From Zymomonas mobilis subsp. mobilis ATCC 10988 (GTDB lineage: Bacteria; Pseudomonadota; Alphaproteobacteria; Sphingomonadales; Sphingomonadaceae), in the NCBI RefSeq assembly GCF_000175255.2, contig NC_017262.1, positions 690,001-722,000 of the forward strand: a DNA stretch of 32,000 nucleotides, given 5' to 3'. The notes below the pieces were generated by a model that had not been told where the DNA came from, ran no database searches, and saw nothing but the letters and a program-made list of their open reading frames with translations. The position numbers and the translations under genes are program-made. Shown piece after piece: positions 30,743-32,000 of this stretch (its first letter is position 1; the number at the start of each line of letters is the position of its first letter).

Positions 30743-30796
30743 ATATAATCCTAATAGATGGTTACTAATATAGACTCTTTTTCTTCATTTTTAAGG

Positions 30797-32000
30797 TTAG
30801 AAGGCGCCTTCAGTAGCCAGCTCTGACTGATTAAGAACTGAACGAGGATTGTTATAAGAGCGCATCGCGTTCAGTAATCCACGGAAAGGTGCCTTTACTT
30901 GGACATTGAAATGGAAAGGTACTTTTTCAATCTCACGCGCCAAATAAGAACGATCGGCTTTCGTCTCGACTTCTCGAACACCGCCAAATTGAATGGAACT
31001 AACAAAATCGCCGTCAAGGCTACCATTCAAAAGAACATCTAAGCGTTGATAGCGGACCCCCTTCAAAACATCAAAAGCCACCTTACCTAACATTCCCTGA
31101 TGAGCATTAGAGACTGGGCCAACATAACTCACAACCCCACCAGGTTTACGGCTGGCCAGACGGCCGCCTTCGATTTTGCCACTATTGGCGCTAAATTCGA
31201 TCGGTAAAATTCCATCGAAACGACCACTAACAAATATATTTTTTAACTGGAGATTCTCGACCAACGGGGCACTATCCATATCCGATACATGGAAAACAAC
31301 TTTATGGGAGCCTGTATGCCCAAAATCGAGGACAGAACCATCCAATGTCAAATGACCATCAAAGAAAGGCCAATCGCCTTTTTCAACAACGACCACCCTA
31401 TTGGGTAAAAGCTGATACCGTATCTGTCCGCTTTTGATAGCTAAACCAGCATTGATCTCATCGACGGTTGCCAGCTGATTGGGGGGCGTTTTCAAATTCA
31501 AAAGATCAGAAAAAGCGACCTTCCCTTTAAAGCCTGAAACCGTGCCAAAGGCCGCCGCGAAATCGAGACCGTTAGTAACAAACTGTCCCGTGCTAACAAC
31601 GTTCTTTCTCTTCCAGTCAATTCTACCTTGGCCAGATAAACTTCCCTTCACATCCGCAAAAATACCCAAGGTTAAAGGCGTAATTTGTTCTGGTTGCAGG
31701 CTTTTATTAAACGACACATTATTGACGTGGAATAAAACATGACCACGGCTATCACCAAAATGATGCTCAATCCTTGTATCTAAAAGATGGATAGTCCGGA
31801 TGTCCAAAGGACGGTCTATACCCGCTGTAATATGGACACGATCTTTATTGATTTGCATCAACAAGTCTTGCGACCGTACCGGTAAAAAACGAGGCGAGGC
31901 TTGATCTGCATCGGCAATATCTACAGCACCATGCAAAACAATATCGGTATTATCGGTTGCCTTCTCGCCGCCCTTATTCTGCCATTCCCAATGAGCAGCA
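30797..32000 (-). CDS. YdbH-like AsmA-superfamily envelope protein (partial; open frame continues past the window edge)
   Basis: Minus-strand frame has no stop from 30797 to 32000. Contains AINAGLAIKSGQIRYQLLPNRVVVVEKGDWPFFDGHLTLDGSVLDF and GRFDGILPIEFSANSGKIEGGRLASRKPGGVVSYVG, located upstream of ynbE/ydbL-like genes. Confidence 0.8.
   Translation of the reverse strand, partial: AAHWEWQNKGGEKATDNTDIVLHGAVDIADADQASPRFLPVRSQDLLMQINKDRVHITAGIDRPLDIRTIHLLDTRIEHHFGDSRGHVLFHVNNVSFNKSLQPEQITPLTLGIFADVKGSLSGQGRIDWKRKNVVSTGQFVTNGLDFAAAFGTVSGFKGKVAFSDLLNLKTPPNQLATVDEINAGLAIKSGQIRYQLLPNRVVVVEKGDWPFFDGHLTLDGSVLDFGHTGSHKVVFHVSDMDSAPLVENLQLKNIFVSGRFDGILPIEFSANSGKIEGGRLASRKPGGVVSYVGPVSNAHQGMLGKVAFDVLKGVRYQRLDVLLNGSLDGDFVSSIQFGGVREVETKADRSYLAREIEKVPFHFNVQVKAPFRGLLNAMRSYNNPRSVLNQSELATEGAF

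Overview
This window looks like a chromosomal segment of Zymomonas mobilis, an inference from protein content such as the Tat-exported glucose-fructose oxidoreductase. Housekeeping and metabolic genes present: ohr/osmC-like, gyrA, trmFO, gfo, an AEC-family transporter, an acetolactate-synthase-type ThDP enzyme, a nitroreductase-family gene, leuB, metZ, a LysR regulator, a cupin protein, uvrC-recO, the F0 ATP synthase operon (atpI-atpB-atpE-b'-b) and a YdbH/YnbE/YdbL-type envelope trio that runs off the right edge. The accessory centre (about 10.4-19.3 kb) is a type I-F CRISPR-Cas operon on the minus strand: cas1, cas2-3, csy1/cas8f, csy2/cas5f, csy3/cas7f, then only the 5' part of csy4/cas6f. 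An 849-bp IS5-family element with 17-bp inverted repeats and flanking TA truncates cas6f. The rest of cas6f is not on the other side of the element, which suggests an IS-associated deletion rather than a simple insertion. I saw no CRISPR array in the window. The operon is therefore a near-complete I-F Cascade/Cas3/Cas1 set lacking its crRNA-processing nuclease and a local array. Other items worth a second look are a Met at the GyrA position normally occupied by Asp87 in the quinolone-resistance region, a perfect 16-bp inverted repeat upstream of the ohr-like gene, and a structured leader upstream of gfo. I found no clearly novel protein system.
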